From Squalus acanthias (lineage: Eukaryota): a stretch of 64,000 nucleotides of DNA. The notes under the pieces are model-generated. The model searched no databases, was not told where the DNA came from, and saw nothing but the letters and a program-made list of their open reading frames with translations. Position numbers and translations under genes: made by a program. Every line of letters starts with the position of its first letter. Position 1 is the first letter of the stretch. The stretch is from NCBI GenBank assembly GCA_030390025.1, contig CM059432.1:2046001-2110000 (forward strand), in the 5' to 3' direction. Shown in pieces: positions 50,921 through 62,944 of the stretch.

Positions 50921-51941
50921 GAAGGGGTTCACTGGGAGGAGAAAGGGTTCACTGGGAGGAGAAGGGGTTCACTGGATGTAGAAGGGGTTCACTGGATGGA
51001 GAAGGCGTTCGCTGGGATGAGAAGGGGTTCACTGGGAGGAGAAGGGGTTCACTGGGATGAGAAGGGGTTCACTGGGATGAGAAGGGGTTCACTGGATGGA
51101 GAAGGCGTTCACTGGGATGAGAAGGGGTTAACTGGATGGAGAAGGGGTTCACTGGGATGAGAAGGGGTTCACTGGATGGAGAATGGGTTCAGTGGATGGA
51201 GAAGGTGTTCACTGGGATGAGAAGGGGTTCACTGGGAGGAGAAGGGGTTCACTGGATGGAGAAGGGGTTCACTGGATGGAGAAGGGATTCACTGGATGGA
51301 GAAGGGGTTCAGTGGATGGAGAAGGTGTTCACTGGGATGAGAAGGGGTTCACTGGATGGAGAAGGGGTTCACTGGATGGAGAAGGGGTTCACTGGATGGA
51401 GAAGGCGTTTACTGGGATGAGAAGGGGTTCACTGGGATGAGAAGGGGTTCACTGGGAGGAGAAGGAGTTCACTGGATGGAGAAGGGGTTCACTGGATGGA
51501 GAAGGCGTTTACTGGGATGAGAAGGGGTTCACTGGATGGAGAAGACGTTCACTGGGATGAGAAGGGGTTCACTGGATGGAGAAGGGGTTCACTGGGATGA
51601 GAAGGGGTTCACTGGATGGAGAAGGGGTTCACTGGATGGAGAAGGGGTTCACTGGGATGAGAAGGGGTTCATTGGATGGAGAAGGGGTTCACTGGGATGA
51701 GAAGGGGTTCACTGGATGGAGAAGGGGTTCACTGGGATGAGAAGGGGTTCACTGGGATGAGAAGGGGTTCACTGGGATGAGAAGGGGTTCACTGGGATGG
51801 AGAAGGGGTTCACTGGGATGAGAAGGGGTTCACTGGATGGAGAAGGGGTTCACTGGATGGAGAAGGGGTTCACTGGGATGAGAAGGGGTTCACTGGGATG
51901 AGAAAGGGTTCACTGGATGGAAAAGGGGTTCACTGGGATGA
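50921..51941. repeat. 20-bp G-rich minisatellite (~51 units)
   Basis: Interspersed unit variants gaaggggttcactggatgga and gaaggggttcactgggatga. Confidence 0.95.
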
Positions 51942-51966
51942 ACACAGGACTACACAGAGACACACT

Positions 51967-52234
51967 GGCCCCGATTTTAACTCCAGGCGGATTCCCCACT
52001 CAGACCTGAGTTAAAATTACAGTCGGGCCTCAATGATGTCATCAGGCCACAACATGTGTATGTAAAGAAGGATCCCGTTGGCTCCGGGCGCGTGTCCTTG
52101 CCGCCTGCTCAGGAGAGCGGGTTAAAATGGCAGATGTCGCGATCATGGCGCCTTTCGGACAGGTAAGAGCGAGGGCGATTTTAACTGCCCGCCCGCCAAG
52201 TTTCTGCTGAGCGAGGAGGGTTAAAATCGCCCCC
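51967..52234. mobile_element. Small MITE with Harbinger-like TIRs
   Basis: Imperfect TIRs ggccccgattttaac / gttaaaatcgccccc, with internal gttaaaat repeats. Confidence 0.5.
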
Positions 52235-52947
52235 AATTATTGAACGAGTAATAGAAGAAGCAATGAGAAACAGGCAAGACGCAGTGAAACATTTTTTCAG
52301 TGGCGCACCAGTCGGAGAGCAGTCAGGGATGGAGTGAAAACACCAAAGGATGTAAAACAGGCACGAAACTGAGGATGATCTCCAAATAGTAAATATTCTG
52401 TGTGATTCCTTCTCTGCCAAGTATTCACAAAGGAAGACATGAGAAATGTGCCCTCCCCAAACAGAAATAATCCGTGCAAAATCAATGATTTTGATCGAAA
52501 TGAGATGGCAGCCCAAGACAGGCTACAAGAGCTCAAAATAATTAAGTCCCCAGGAATGGCTGGTATATAAGTGTAGAGAGAGACGAGACTGAGGCATTAA
52601 CTAACACCACAAAGACACTAGCGGGGTCCCAGGATATTGGAAATAGCTAAAGTGGTGCCCATATTCAAAAAGGAGGACAACACAGACACAGGCAATTGCA
52701 GGCTTATTAGTTCTCCCTTCCATGTCAAATAATGGAATCAATTATCAGGAGGAAAGTTGAAGATTATCGGTACGACTATAACGTTAATAAACAGCAGTTG
52801 GTAAGGGTTCCAGGAGGGGAAGGTCCTACTGGAGCAGCTCCTGGACTTCTACGAGGAAATGACGAACCCAAGTGATCCTCCAGGTTTGACATCTCCAATA
52901 CTTTCCACTCCCTACCTTCCCCAAGCTCGACACAAACTCCAACTTGT

Positions 52948-53250
52948 CCCAAACCCGCGACCTCTTCTACCTAGAAGGACAAGGGCAGCAGGCGCATGAG
53001 AACACCACCACCTCCAAGTTCCCCTCCAGGTCACACACACCATCCTGACTTGGAAATATATCGGCCGTTCCTTCATCGTCGCTGGGTCAAAATCCTGGAA
53101 CTCTCTACCTAACAGCACTGTGGGAGCACCTTCACCACACGGACTGCAGCGGTTCAAGAAGGCGGCTCACCACCACCTTCTCAAGGGCAATTAGGGATGG
53201 GCAATAAATGCTGGCCTTGCCAGCGACACCCACATCCCAGGAACGAATTA
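52948..53250 (+). mobile_element. Second-family LINE 3' end
   Basis: Matches ~10930-11229. Confidence 0.8.
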
Positions 53251-53721
53251 AAAAAAAACTCTGCTGCCCACAACTTACTCAGTACTAAGTCCCTCTCACC
53301 TAACACCCATTCCTCACTGAGCTCGACTGCCTGCCCATCTTCCATTGTACGGATTTCAAAATCTTCATCGCTAAATCTCATTGGGGAATGAATGTTCTTA
53401 CTTACACATTTTTCAGTAATTCCTCAAGATAGTAGGGTTCAAAGGCATTTACTGGCTTTCATGAGAATTAAGCATACAATTATAACTATTATTACCAAAT
53501 ATAATTAATAATGACAAATGGACTGCTTGGGTGTACAGAGCGCAATTTCGAAATTTGCAGATGACACGAAACTTGGAAGTATAGTGAACAGTGAGGAGGA
53601 TAGTGATAGACTTCAAGAGGACATAGACAGGCTGGTGGAATGGGTGGACACGTGGCAGATGGAATTTGATGCAGAAAAGTGTGAAGTGATACATTTTGGT
53701 AGGAAAAACGAGGAGAGGCAA

Positions 53722-54493
53722 TGGCTGGAATTTTCCCGTTAAAAAAAACGGGTGGGTTTGGAGCGTGGGGGCAGTTAAAGTGTTAAAAATGTGACTCCCG
53801 ACTCGATCCCGACTCCAGCCCGCCCACTTCCGGTTTTAACGGGGGCGGGGACAGGGGGGGTGGGCAGCCAACCCGCTGCCAGGGGGCGCTACCTCAATTT
53901 AAATATTGTAATGAGGTTGGAAGCCTCTATTTTCCCCTCCATTTTGTGTTGATCTGCCTGTGGACCGCTTTCACACAATTCGTGAAACATAGGCGGGGAC
54001 CGCTGCACCCAGGAGGTAAGTGGCTTTATACCCACCTCCTGGATCCAGGGTCCCTGCCGCACCCACACCCCCCGCAATCGGAGACCCCCACCACGAGGCC
54101 TCCGACCACCTTCCTAGGCCTCTCCCCGCCCCACCAACGATGATGAGGAGGCCGGGCATGATCCCCCCCCCCGCGATCCCCTGCCGATGCTACAACCGCC
54201 CCCCCCCCCCCGCCCCCAACGATGATGAGGAGGCCGGGCATGATCCTCCCCCCCCCCCCCCCTCCGCCGATCCTCTCGCCCCCCCCCCCCCGCCCCCCAA
54301 CGATTCCTCCCCCGGACTGACCCCTCTCAAGCTGGCTGGCTGCGGGCAGGAAACCCAGGCCTCACATTCAAATTAGGCCCAGCAGGTAAAGTCGGCGGGG
54401 CCCGTGGGAAACCCGGCCTCTCGGGCTTCCCGCCCGCCTCAGAAACCACCCCCCCTCCCCCACCCCCAGCCCCCCTGAACAAAATTCCAGCCA
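53722..54493. mobile_element. Harbinger-like MITE interrupting a CR1 RT fragment
   Basis: 13-bp TIRs tggctggaatttt / aaaattccagcca. CR1 sequence resumes on both sides. The interior has C-rich short repeats. Confidence 0.72.
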
Positions 54494-54722
54494 CACACAC
54501 TAAATGGTACCATTTTAAAGGGGGTGCAAGAAGAGAGAGACCTGGGGGTGTTTGTGCACAAATCTCTGAAGGTGGCAGGACAGGTTAACAAAGCAGTTAA
54601 TAAAGCACACGGGATCCTGGGCTTTATAAAGAGATGATGCGGAGATGCCGGTGTTCGACTGGGGTGGACAAATGTGAGAAGTCGCACAACACCAGGTTAT
54701 AGTCCAACAGCTTTATTTGAAA

Positions 54723-54759
54723 TCACAAGCTTTCAGAGCGCTGCTCCTTCGTCAGGTGA
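54723..54759 (-). ncRNA. Minimal hammerhead-ribozyme-like motif (PLE family A), sense to the ZNF521 pre-mRNA
   Basis: Reverse complement reads TCAC-CTGACGA-A-GGAGC agc GCTCT-GAA-AGCT-T-GTGA. Confidence 0.66.
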
Positions 54760-54955
54760 AGTGAAGAGATGCATATAGTCACAGCATATATAGTCAGAGA
54801 ACACAGCCAGATGATTACAGTTAATCTTTCCAACTGCCCTTTATCACACCTCGGCAGAGAGACAATCACGGCAATCACAGGTTAGAAAGATTAACTGTAA
54901 TCATCTGGCAGTGATCTCTGACTATATATGCTGTGACTATATGCATCTCTTCACT

Positions 54956-54992
54956 TCACCTGACGAAGGAGCAGTGCTCTGAAAGCTTGTGA
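54956..54992 (+). ncRNA. Minimal hammerhead-ribozyme-like motif (PLE family A)
   Basis: TCAC-CTGACGA-A-GGAGC agt GCTCT-GAA-AGCT-T-GTGA. Confidence 0.66.
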
Positions 54993-57526
54993 TTTCAAAT
55001 AAAGCTGTTGGACTATAACCTGGTGTTGTGCGACTTCTCACATTTATAAACAGAGGCATCGAGTACAAAAGCCAGGAAGTTATTGCTAAACCTTTATAAA
55101 CACTAGTTCGGCCCCAGCTGGAGTCTTGTGTCCAATTCTGGGCACCGCACTTTAGGAAAGACGTGAAGGCTTTAGAGAGGGTGCAGAGGAGATTTACTAG
55201 AATGGTTCCAGGGATGAGGGACTTCAGATACTTGGATAGACTGGAGAAGCTGGGGTTGTTCTCCTTGGAGCAGGAGGAGGCTAAGAGGAGATTTGATGGA
55301 GGTGTTTAAAATCATGAAGGGTTTAGACAGAGTAGATAGAGAGAAACTGTTTCCAGTGGCTGAAGGGTCGAGAACCAGAGGGCACAGATTTAAGGTGATT
55401 GGCAAAAGAACCAGAGGCGACATGAGGGAAAAAAAAATTACGCAACGAGTGGTTAGGATTTGGAATGCGCTGCCTGATAGGGTGGTGGATACAGATTCAA
55501 TAGTAGCCTTCAAAAGGGAATTAGATAAATTCTTGAAGGAGAAAAAATTGCAGGGATCTGGGGAAAGAGCGGGGGGAGTGGCCATTCAGCCCCTCGAGCC
55601 TGTTCCGCCATTCGTCGAGATCATGGCTGATCTGTATCCTAACTCCATCCACCCACCTTGCCTCCATATCCTTTTATACCCTTGTCTAGCAAACATCTCA
55701 GATATTAAAATTATTAATTGAGCCCCAGCATCGACTGCCTTTCTGTGGGAGAGAGTTCCACACTTCTACCACCCATTGCGTGAAGAAGTGTTTCCTAACT
55801 TCTCTCCTGAATGGCCTGGCTCTGATTTTAAGGTTCTGTCCCCTTGTCCTAGACTCCCCCCACCAGCGGAAAAAGTTTCTCTCCATCTACCCCATCAATC
55901 CTTTCAAAATCTGAAAAACCTCAATCAAATCACCCTTTAACCTTCTATATTCCAGGGATTACAAGCCTAATTTATGTAACCGCTCCTCATAATCTAACCC
56001 TTGGTGCCCTGCTAACATTCTGGTGAATCTGCGCTGCACTCCTTCCAAGGCCATAACTTCTACAAAGCAAGCTTGGAGCTGAATGCCCACCAGCCGAAGT
56101 CTCGGTCTGGTAACTTTCAAGTCCCACTGAACATTGAAACTCACTTCACAGGTAAAGGGTAAAAGTGAATCTAAAGAACTAACCCTTTCCTTACACCCCC
56201 AGTGCTTCGTCCATCCTTCCTCCGCAATCGTCTTCAGCTCTACGTCCGAGCTTGGACCTCCTCCTCCGCCTTCCGTCTCGCTCTGCGCCTCCTCTCTGCT
56301 CTGCCCCACAATCTGTGCTGCAGCTTTCAGTTCCCATGCCCCCCTGCGCTTCAGAATTCCCTTCCTCAGGCCACATCCCTCCCGACTTTCAAAAATCTTC
56401 GTCCAAACCAACTTCTCTAGCCTTAGCTCTTGGTCACCAACCCCACCTCCCCCTCCCGCCCCCATTCCCCCCCTTGACAGGGTAGATGCTGAGAGGTTGT
56501 TTCCCCTGGCTGGGGAGTCTAGAACCAGGGGTCAGAGTCTCAGAATAAGGGGTCGGCCATTTAGGACTGAGATGAGGAGAATTTCTTCACTCAGAGGGTG
56601 GTGAATCTTTGGAATTCTCTACCCCAGAGGGCTGTGGAGGTTCAGTCGTTGAGTATATTCAAGACAGAGATCGATAGATTTTTGGATATTAAGGGAATCA
56701 AGGGATATGGGGATAGTGCAGGAAAGTGGAGTTGAGGTCGAAGATCAGCCATGATCTTATTGCATGGCGGAGCAGGCTCGAGGGGCCGTGTGGCGGAGCA
56801 GGCTCGAGGGGCCGAAATGCCAACTCCTGCTCCTATTTCTTATGTTTCTTAACTACTTTCCTGAACTCGGTGCCCAGTCCCCCGTTACACCAGTGACCAC
56901 ACTTCAAAAGTACTTCACTGGCTGTGAAGCGCTTTGGGACGTCCTGAGCTCGGGAAAGGCACTATAGAAATGTAGGCGCTCGCTTTCTTGTGGAACATTT
57001 TTTTCGATGTGAAAACACGCCGTCTAATCACAAGCTGGTGTTCGGGAAAATGCAAGTCAAGTTTTTCCAATATTACAACTTAGAATTTCCAGTCAGTGGT
57101 GACTCTGATGTTGGCATCAACCCATTGTTCTCTTCTGTGCTGTACAGTTTTATGAGGTCTATTTTTGACTGCAAACCTGGCTGATTTCTGCAGTCTATTA
57201 GCAAATAAACACCCTCGTGCCATACTCCTGGTGTGGCATTCGAATGCATGGGTGCCTTTTATTACAGCTATGAAATTTAAACTATCGTCCCACTTCAATA
57301 GTAATCAAATGTAAAATATAAGTAAGTCGGTCAATCAATCTCTGCCTTTTTAGATTGAACCAAAAGTGGCCAGAGGAGATATTTTGTATTAAAAAAATCT
57401 ACACGGATTTTCAAGTTTTCTGTATTAATTGCTTAGCAAAATTAGGAATTAGAAAACAAGAAGCCATCATGCATATTGTATCCATCAGATAGTTCCACTT
57501 TGTGCACCAACCACTAGTTATGGGTG

Positions 57527-57935
57527 TTAGAAGGTTGTGGGTTCAAGTCTCACTCCAGAGGCTTGAGCACAAAACTCTAGGCTGACACTCCCAGTGCAGT
57601 GCTGAGGGAGTGCCGCACTGTCGGAGGTCCCGTCTTTCGGATGAGACGTTAAACTGAGACCCCGTCTGCTCCCTCAGGTGGACGTAAAAGATCCCACGGC
57701 CACTATTCTGAAGATTTAGCCAATATTTATCGCTCAACCCACATCACTAAAACAGATTATCTGGTCATTATCACTTTGCTGTTTGCGGAAGTTTGATGTG
57801 CGCAAATTGGCTGCCGCGTTTCCCACATTACAACAGTGACTACACTTCAAAAAGTACTGCATTGGTTGTGAAACGCTTTGAGACGTCCTGAGGTCGTGAA
57901 AGGTGCTGTAGAAATGCAAGTCTGTCTTTCTTTCT
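57527..57935 (+). mobile_element. Deu-type SINE with a partial head
   Basis: Matches the other copies from the B-box through the tail. Confidence 0.8.
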
Positions 57936-58679
57936 TAAATGCAAATGTTTATGTGAGGCAAATCCAATTAGTCCCACTCCCCCCTGCTCTTTCCCCACAG
58001 CCCTGCAATTTTCTCCCCTTCCAGTATTTATCCAATTCCCTTTTGAAAGTTATTATTGAATCTGCTTCCACCGCCCTTTCAGGCAGTGCAGTCCAGATCA
58101 CAACAACTCGCTGTGTGAAAAAAAACCTATTCCTCCCCCCCGGTTCTTTCAACAATTACCTTAAATCTGTGTCCTCTGGTTACCGACCCTCCTGCCAGTG
58201 CAAACAGTTTCTCCTTATTTACTCTAGCAAAACCCCTCACAATTTTGAACACCTCTATCAAATCTCCTCTTAACCTTCTCTGCTCCGAGGAGAACAACCC
58301 CAGCTTCCCCAGTCTATCCACGTAACTGAAGTCCCTCATCCCCGGTACCACTCTGGTAAATCTCTGCACCCTCTCCATGGCCTGGACATCCTTCCTGAAG
58401 TTTGGTGCTGAGAATACTCCAGCTGAGGCCGAATCAGTGAGGTGCTGGTGTTGACATACTATCCCCCTTGAAAATCTATGAATCTTTATTGCCAATTGAA
58501 CAAAATATCAAATGAAGAACTCACTGCTCACTCTCATGTTAATCTTATTTCTCCATAGTTAGTCTTCAGTGTGGGCATTTACCGCACTGTCTTGTATCCC
58601 CCTCCTCCTCCACCCCAACCCCCCACCCCGCCCCAACGATGAATGGAATGATGCATTTTCATATGAACCATAACAGTAG

Positions 58680-59340
58680 GTTACATAGAATTACATAAAA
58701 CTTACAGCACAGAAACAGGCCATTCGGCCCAACCAGTCCATGCCGGTGTTTATTCTCCACTCAAGCCTCCTCCCGTCTTTCCTCATCTAAATCTATCAGC
58801 ATAACCCTCTATTCCCGCCTCCCTCATATGCTTGTCTAGCCTCCCCTTAAATGCATCTGTGCTATTCGCCTCAACCACTCCCTGTGGTAGCGAGTACCAC
58901 ATTCTCCCCACTCTCTGGGTAAAGAAGTTTCTTCTGAATTCCCTATTGGATTTCTTGGTGACTATCTTATATCGATGGCCTCTAGTTTTGCTCTTCCCCA
59001 CAAGTGGAAATATTCTCTCTGTGTCTACTCTATCAAAACCTTTCATAATTTTAAAGACCTCTATTAGGTCACCCCTCAGCCTTCTCCTTTCAAGAGAAAA
59101 GAGACCCAGCCTGTTCATCCTTTCCTGATAGGTATAACCTCGCATTTCTGGTATTATCCTTGTAAATCTTCTCTGCACCCTCTCCAGTGCCTCTATATCC
59201 TTTTTATAATATGGCGACCAGAACTGTACGCAATACTCTAAGTGTGGTCTAACCAAGGTTCGATACAGGTTTAGCATAACTTCCCTACTTTTCAATTCTA
59301 TCCCTCTAGAAATAAACCCTAGTGCTTGGTTTGCTTTTTT
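58680..59340 (-). mobile_element. CR1 3' fragment just inside the intron after the large exon
   Basis: ORF 58783..59295 reads [15 protein letters not shown]...FFTQRV. Confidence 0.88.
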
Positions 59341-59527
59341 TGAGAAAGGTTACTCTTTTCCACTTTCCACAATGTGCTCCACGTCTCTCAAGCTTCACAG
59401 CGCGTCAGGAAGTATGAGGAAACCGCTTCAGAACCTTTCCTCGCAAACAACACTACACCGGCGAGCTGAGAATGCCCCCCCGGCAGAAAGGAAAGCTTGC
59501 CGTATCATTGAGCTGTCTGGTAATTAC

Positions 59528-62500
59528 CTCTTCCGGTTGCGGCGGGCTGACTTTGGGCATGGGCGAGACTTGTGGCGTTTTCAGGTGGTTGTTGGTGTCG
59601 GGCACCAGCTCCGTGTGCACCGTCTGGATGTGGTTCTGGAGCTCGCTCTCGGACTCGAACTTCACGTTGCAGTTCAGGCAGCGTGTTTTCACCCCTCCGC
59701 CCTTGCTCTTGTTCTCGGCGGGGCTCTGGTTGGAGATCTGCCGGTTGCCGTTCAGGTTGAGGCTGACGCTCGGGCTGATGTGCTTGTTGCCGTTGACGCA
59801 GTTGGCGCACAGCCCGTACGGCAGCCCGTTGATGTCCAGCTTGACCAGGTCCTGCTTCGACCGGAACTCCTTCAGGCAGGAGGCGCACTTGTACAGTTTC
59901 TGCAGCGGTGGGTTGCGAGGCGCGGGCTGCGCGCTGGCGCCGTTGCCTGTCTTTTGCATGTGGAAGGTCCCGTGGATCTTCAGCTCCAGGGTCGAGGTGA
60001 CGGTCTGCATGCAGACCACGCAGCGGAAGCCGGTCAGGGAGTTTCGCAGGTCGGGGTGCATCTGGCAGTGTTCCAGGAACTCCTCCTCGGACTGAAGGGG
60101 CAGCTTGCAGATCCGGCAGGTCCCGGTGTCCAGGCTTTTGCTGTGGGTGACCTTGTGTTCGGTGAGGGTGAGGAGCGAGGGGAAGCGCTCCCCGCAAATC
60201 GGGCACATGTAGTGTTTCACCGGCCCCAGGTGGGTTTGCGTGTGCTCGCGCAGGCCGCTCTCGGAGAAGAAGGTCCTGGAACAGACGTTGCATTTGTAGT
60301 TCCCTTTGATCAGCTCGGCTTTCTTCTTGACGATGGCGCTCTCGCCCGGGCGGATGTTGTGGTCCCGGAGCTGGTGGTTCTGCAGGAGCGAGTCCATCGT
60401 GTAGGCGGCCCCGCAGATGTCGCAGGCGTACATGGTCTCCGAGGTGTCGATGTCTTCCTCGCTGCCGTCGCGGCTGTTGTGGGACTCCTGGTGGTTGGTG
60501 AGCATGTTCTGCAGCTCCGCCTCCTCCTTGTGGACCTGCTCGCCCGAGCCGTTGGAGGAGCCGCAGTTCTGGGGCTTAGCCTCGAAGACGCAGTGCTTCT
60601 CCCGCAAGTGTTTCTCAAGCAGGATGATGGCGTGGAAGGCTTTGCTGCAGAACTTGCAGTTGTACTTCTTGCTGTGGGTGGTGATGTGGCACTGCAGCTC
60701 CACCTCCGTGCCAAAGATCTCGCCGCAGAAGATGCACTTGTGCATCTTGCCCTGGTGGTCGAGGTGGTTGTGCTTGACGTGGACCTGGAGATCCGCCTCG
60801 TTGCGGAAGTCCCAGTTGCAGGAGGTGCAGCGGTAGACCTTCTTCTCATTGCTGTGCTTGACGGCCAGGTGGAGCTGGATGGAGACCTTGGAGTCAAAGA
60901 CCTCCTGACACAGGGTGCAGCGGAAGAAGACAAAGGTGTGCATGTCCAGCAGGTGCTTCTGCAAGTCGTCCACGGAGGTGAACTGCTTGTCGCAGCTCTC
61001 GCAGATGTAATAGGTCGAGGTGATCATGAAGTGCACGGTGACGTGCTTGAGCAAGGACTCTTGGGACGGGAATTCCTTGCTGCACTGCGGGCAAGACAGC
61101 TTCTTCAGGGCGGTGCCCAGGTGGGACTTCAGGTGCGTCTGAAAACTGTCGAAAGAAGTGAATTTTGCGGCACACTGGTTGCAGCAATACTCGCCCGCTG
61201 TGTGTGACGGCCCAGTGACTCCGCCGTGCACCACCTTAACGGAACTTTGCTCCACGCTTAGTGGCGACAGAGGGCTGGTGGCCCGGCTGGACTTCTTGCT
61301 GCCATTGTTGTAATTGAGCGCTAGCGGAATGTTCTTGTGGTTCTCCTTGATGTGCTTGTTCAGCTTCAGGACGTTGTTGAATATCGGGGAGTTGGTGCAG
61401 TACGAGCAAGAGTAGACCTCCATCACCGGGTCCTTGGACACCCCCAGTAAAGGGGAGTCAAAGCGCATGCTGTTGGCGTCGCAGTGGATCTGCTGAATGT
61501 GCTCCTCCAGTGAGGCCTCAGTCAGGAAGCCCATCAGGCAGTGGGGACAGAAGAAGGCGTTGCTGTCTTTGGTCACCACACTGCTGAAGCTGTGAGAGCA
61601 TCGGATGTGCTCCTGCAGACTGTTGAGGTCACTCAACGCTTCCGAGCAGAAGTTGCACTGGTAGACCAAGACGGGCAGCGCCGAGACGATCAGCGGGTCC
61701 TGCTGGGTCTCGTGGGCCTGCCGGAGATGCTCGTTGAGGTTGTAGAGGGAGGGTAGGACCTCGAGGCAGAACTGGCAGGTGTGCGCCTGCTCGGGCTTGT
61801 CCAGGTGCATGGTCTTCAGGTGGATCTGCAGCACGGCCAGGCTGCTGAAGACCTGCTTGTTGCAGTAGATGCAGCTGTAGGTCACCTTGGGCTGCTTGAG
61901 GACGGGAGCCGCCCCGTCGGTGGCCTGCTGAGAAACTCTCTTCTTGCCTCGAGGCTTCATCGGGTGCGACGCCACGTCCAGCATGGTCGAGCTGTCCACC
62001 GAGAGGTTGGAGTCCGGGGTGGTGCTGGACACAGACGTGTATCCAACGGTCACCATGGAAGGGCTGTTGCTGTGGTTACTGGGCTCGGGCTGCTGGTGGC
62101 TGTCCATGTGGCTGTACAGCTCCTCCACGGACAGGAAATGCTCGGAGCAGATGTTGCAGCGGTTGCCCTTCTCCCGACTGTGCATCTGGTCAATGTGGGT
62201 CAGCAGGCCGCCCTCCTCGGTAAACAGGTCGGAGCAGTAGATGCACTGAAAGGCAGCTCGGTCCTCGCTGGGCGAGCACTCCGGGTGGCACTCGGCGATG
62301 TGCTTCTGCAGATCCTCGGGCAAGTCGAAGCCCTCCTCGCACTGGCTGCACTTCTGCGCGTCCCTCAGCTTCCACTCCTCCAGCCGCGACAGCGACCCGT
62401 CCTTGTTCTTCTCGTGAACCTGCATGTGGCCGTGGAGCGAGCTGGAGGTCAGGAAGCCCCGCCGGCAGATGGCACACTTGTAGGGCTTGCTGGAGGTGTG

Positions 62501-62865
62501 GGTCTTGAGGTGAATCTTCAGGTGGTCGCTGCGGGAGAAGGCGGCGTCGCACTCGCTGCAGTGGTACTTCTTGTCCCCGGTGTGGAGCTTGATGTGGCGG
62601 TCGCGGCTCCGCTTGTGCTTGAAGAGGCGGCTGCAGAAGGTGCACTTGAAGGGCAGCTTGTCGCTGTGGCTCTGCTCATGGTGCTTCAGGTAGCTGAGGC
62701 GGCTGAACGATTTGTCGCAGAACTGGCAGGGGTAAGGCAGCCCAGATCCTCCTTCCTCCTCGCCAAAGTCACAACCGTCCCCGTGACTGGGTGAAGCGTG
62801 GTCCTTGCTGGACGGAGACGAGGGTGGCCACGAGCAGGAGGGATCATCTTCCCCATCGGGACCAT
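59528..62865 (-). CDS. ZNF521: Large internal coding exon of zinc finger protein 521 (about 25 C2H2 fingers)
   Basis: Acceptor ttttgcAG at 62867-62866 and donor GTaatt at 59527-59526. The frame reads (D)[74 protein letters not shown]...[14 protein letters not shown], matching vertebrate ZNF521 as I recall it. It contains ORF 59453..62425. Length 3338 bp, phase-1 start, phase-0 end. Confidence 0.96.
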
Positions 62866-62944
62866 CTGCAAAACATCAATCACTCAATGTCACTACATGC
62901 TCACTTCCTCTCGCTGCCAGAGATACATCAACATCAAAAAATAC

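Larger units (their letters stand above)
54631..55042 (+). mobile_element. Penelope-like inverted-arm insertion (family A) inside CR1
   Basis: Inverted arms 54670-54834 and 54881-55045, tail 54636-54669. TSD tttataaa at 54623-54630 and 55043-55050. Confidence 0.86.
2716..59527 (-). other. ZNF521: 56.8-kb GT-AG intron of ZNF521, dominated by transposable elements
   Basis: Bounded by the splice sites above. The flanking exons are contiguous in the protein, so no intervening coding exon is required. Confidence 0.88.

Noticed and set aside
59453..59527. C-terminal VITRQLND...SSPV of the 990-aa ORF, and its Met start at 62425
   Set aside because: The tail is read-through past the GT donor at 59527. 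Homology to ZNF521 extends upstream of the Met to the acceptor at 62866.
59372..62794. Long plus-strand ORFs (611 aa, 337 aa) and alternate-frame ORFs over the large exon
   Set aside because: They are antisense or shifted-frame shadows of a GC3-rich coding exon, with no recognisable domains.
2631..62865. Identification as the paralogue ZNF423
   Set aside because: Diagnostic peptides ([28 protein letters not shown]) fit ZNF521 as I recall it. A reciprocal BLASTP would confirm.
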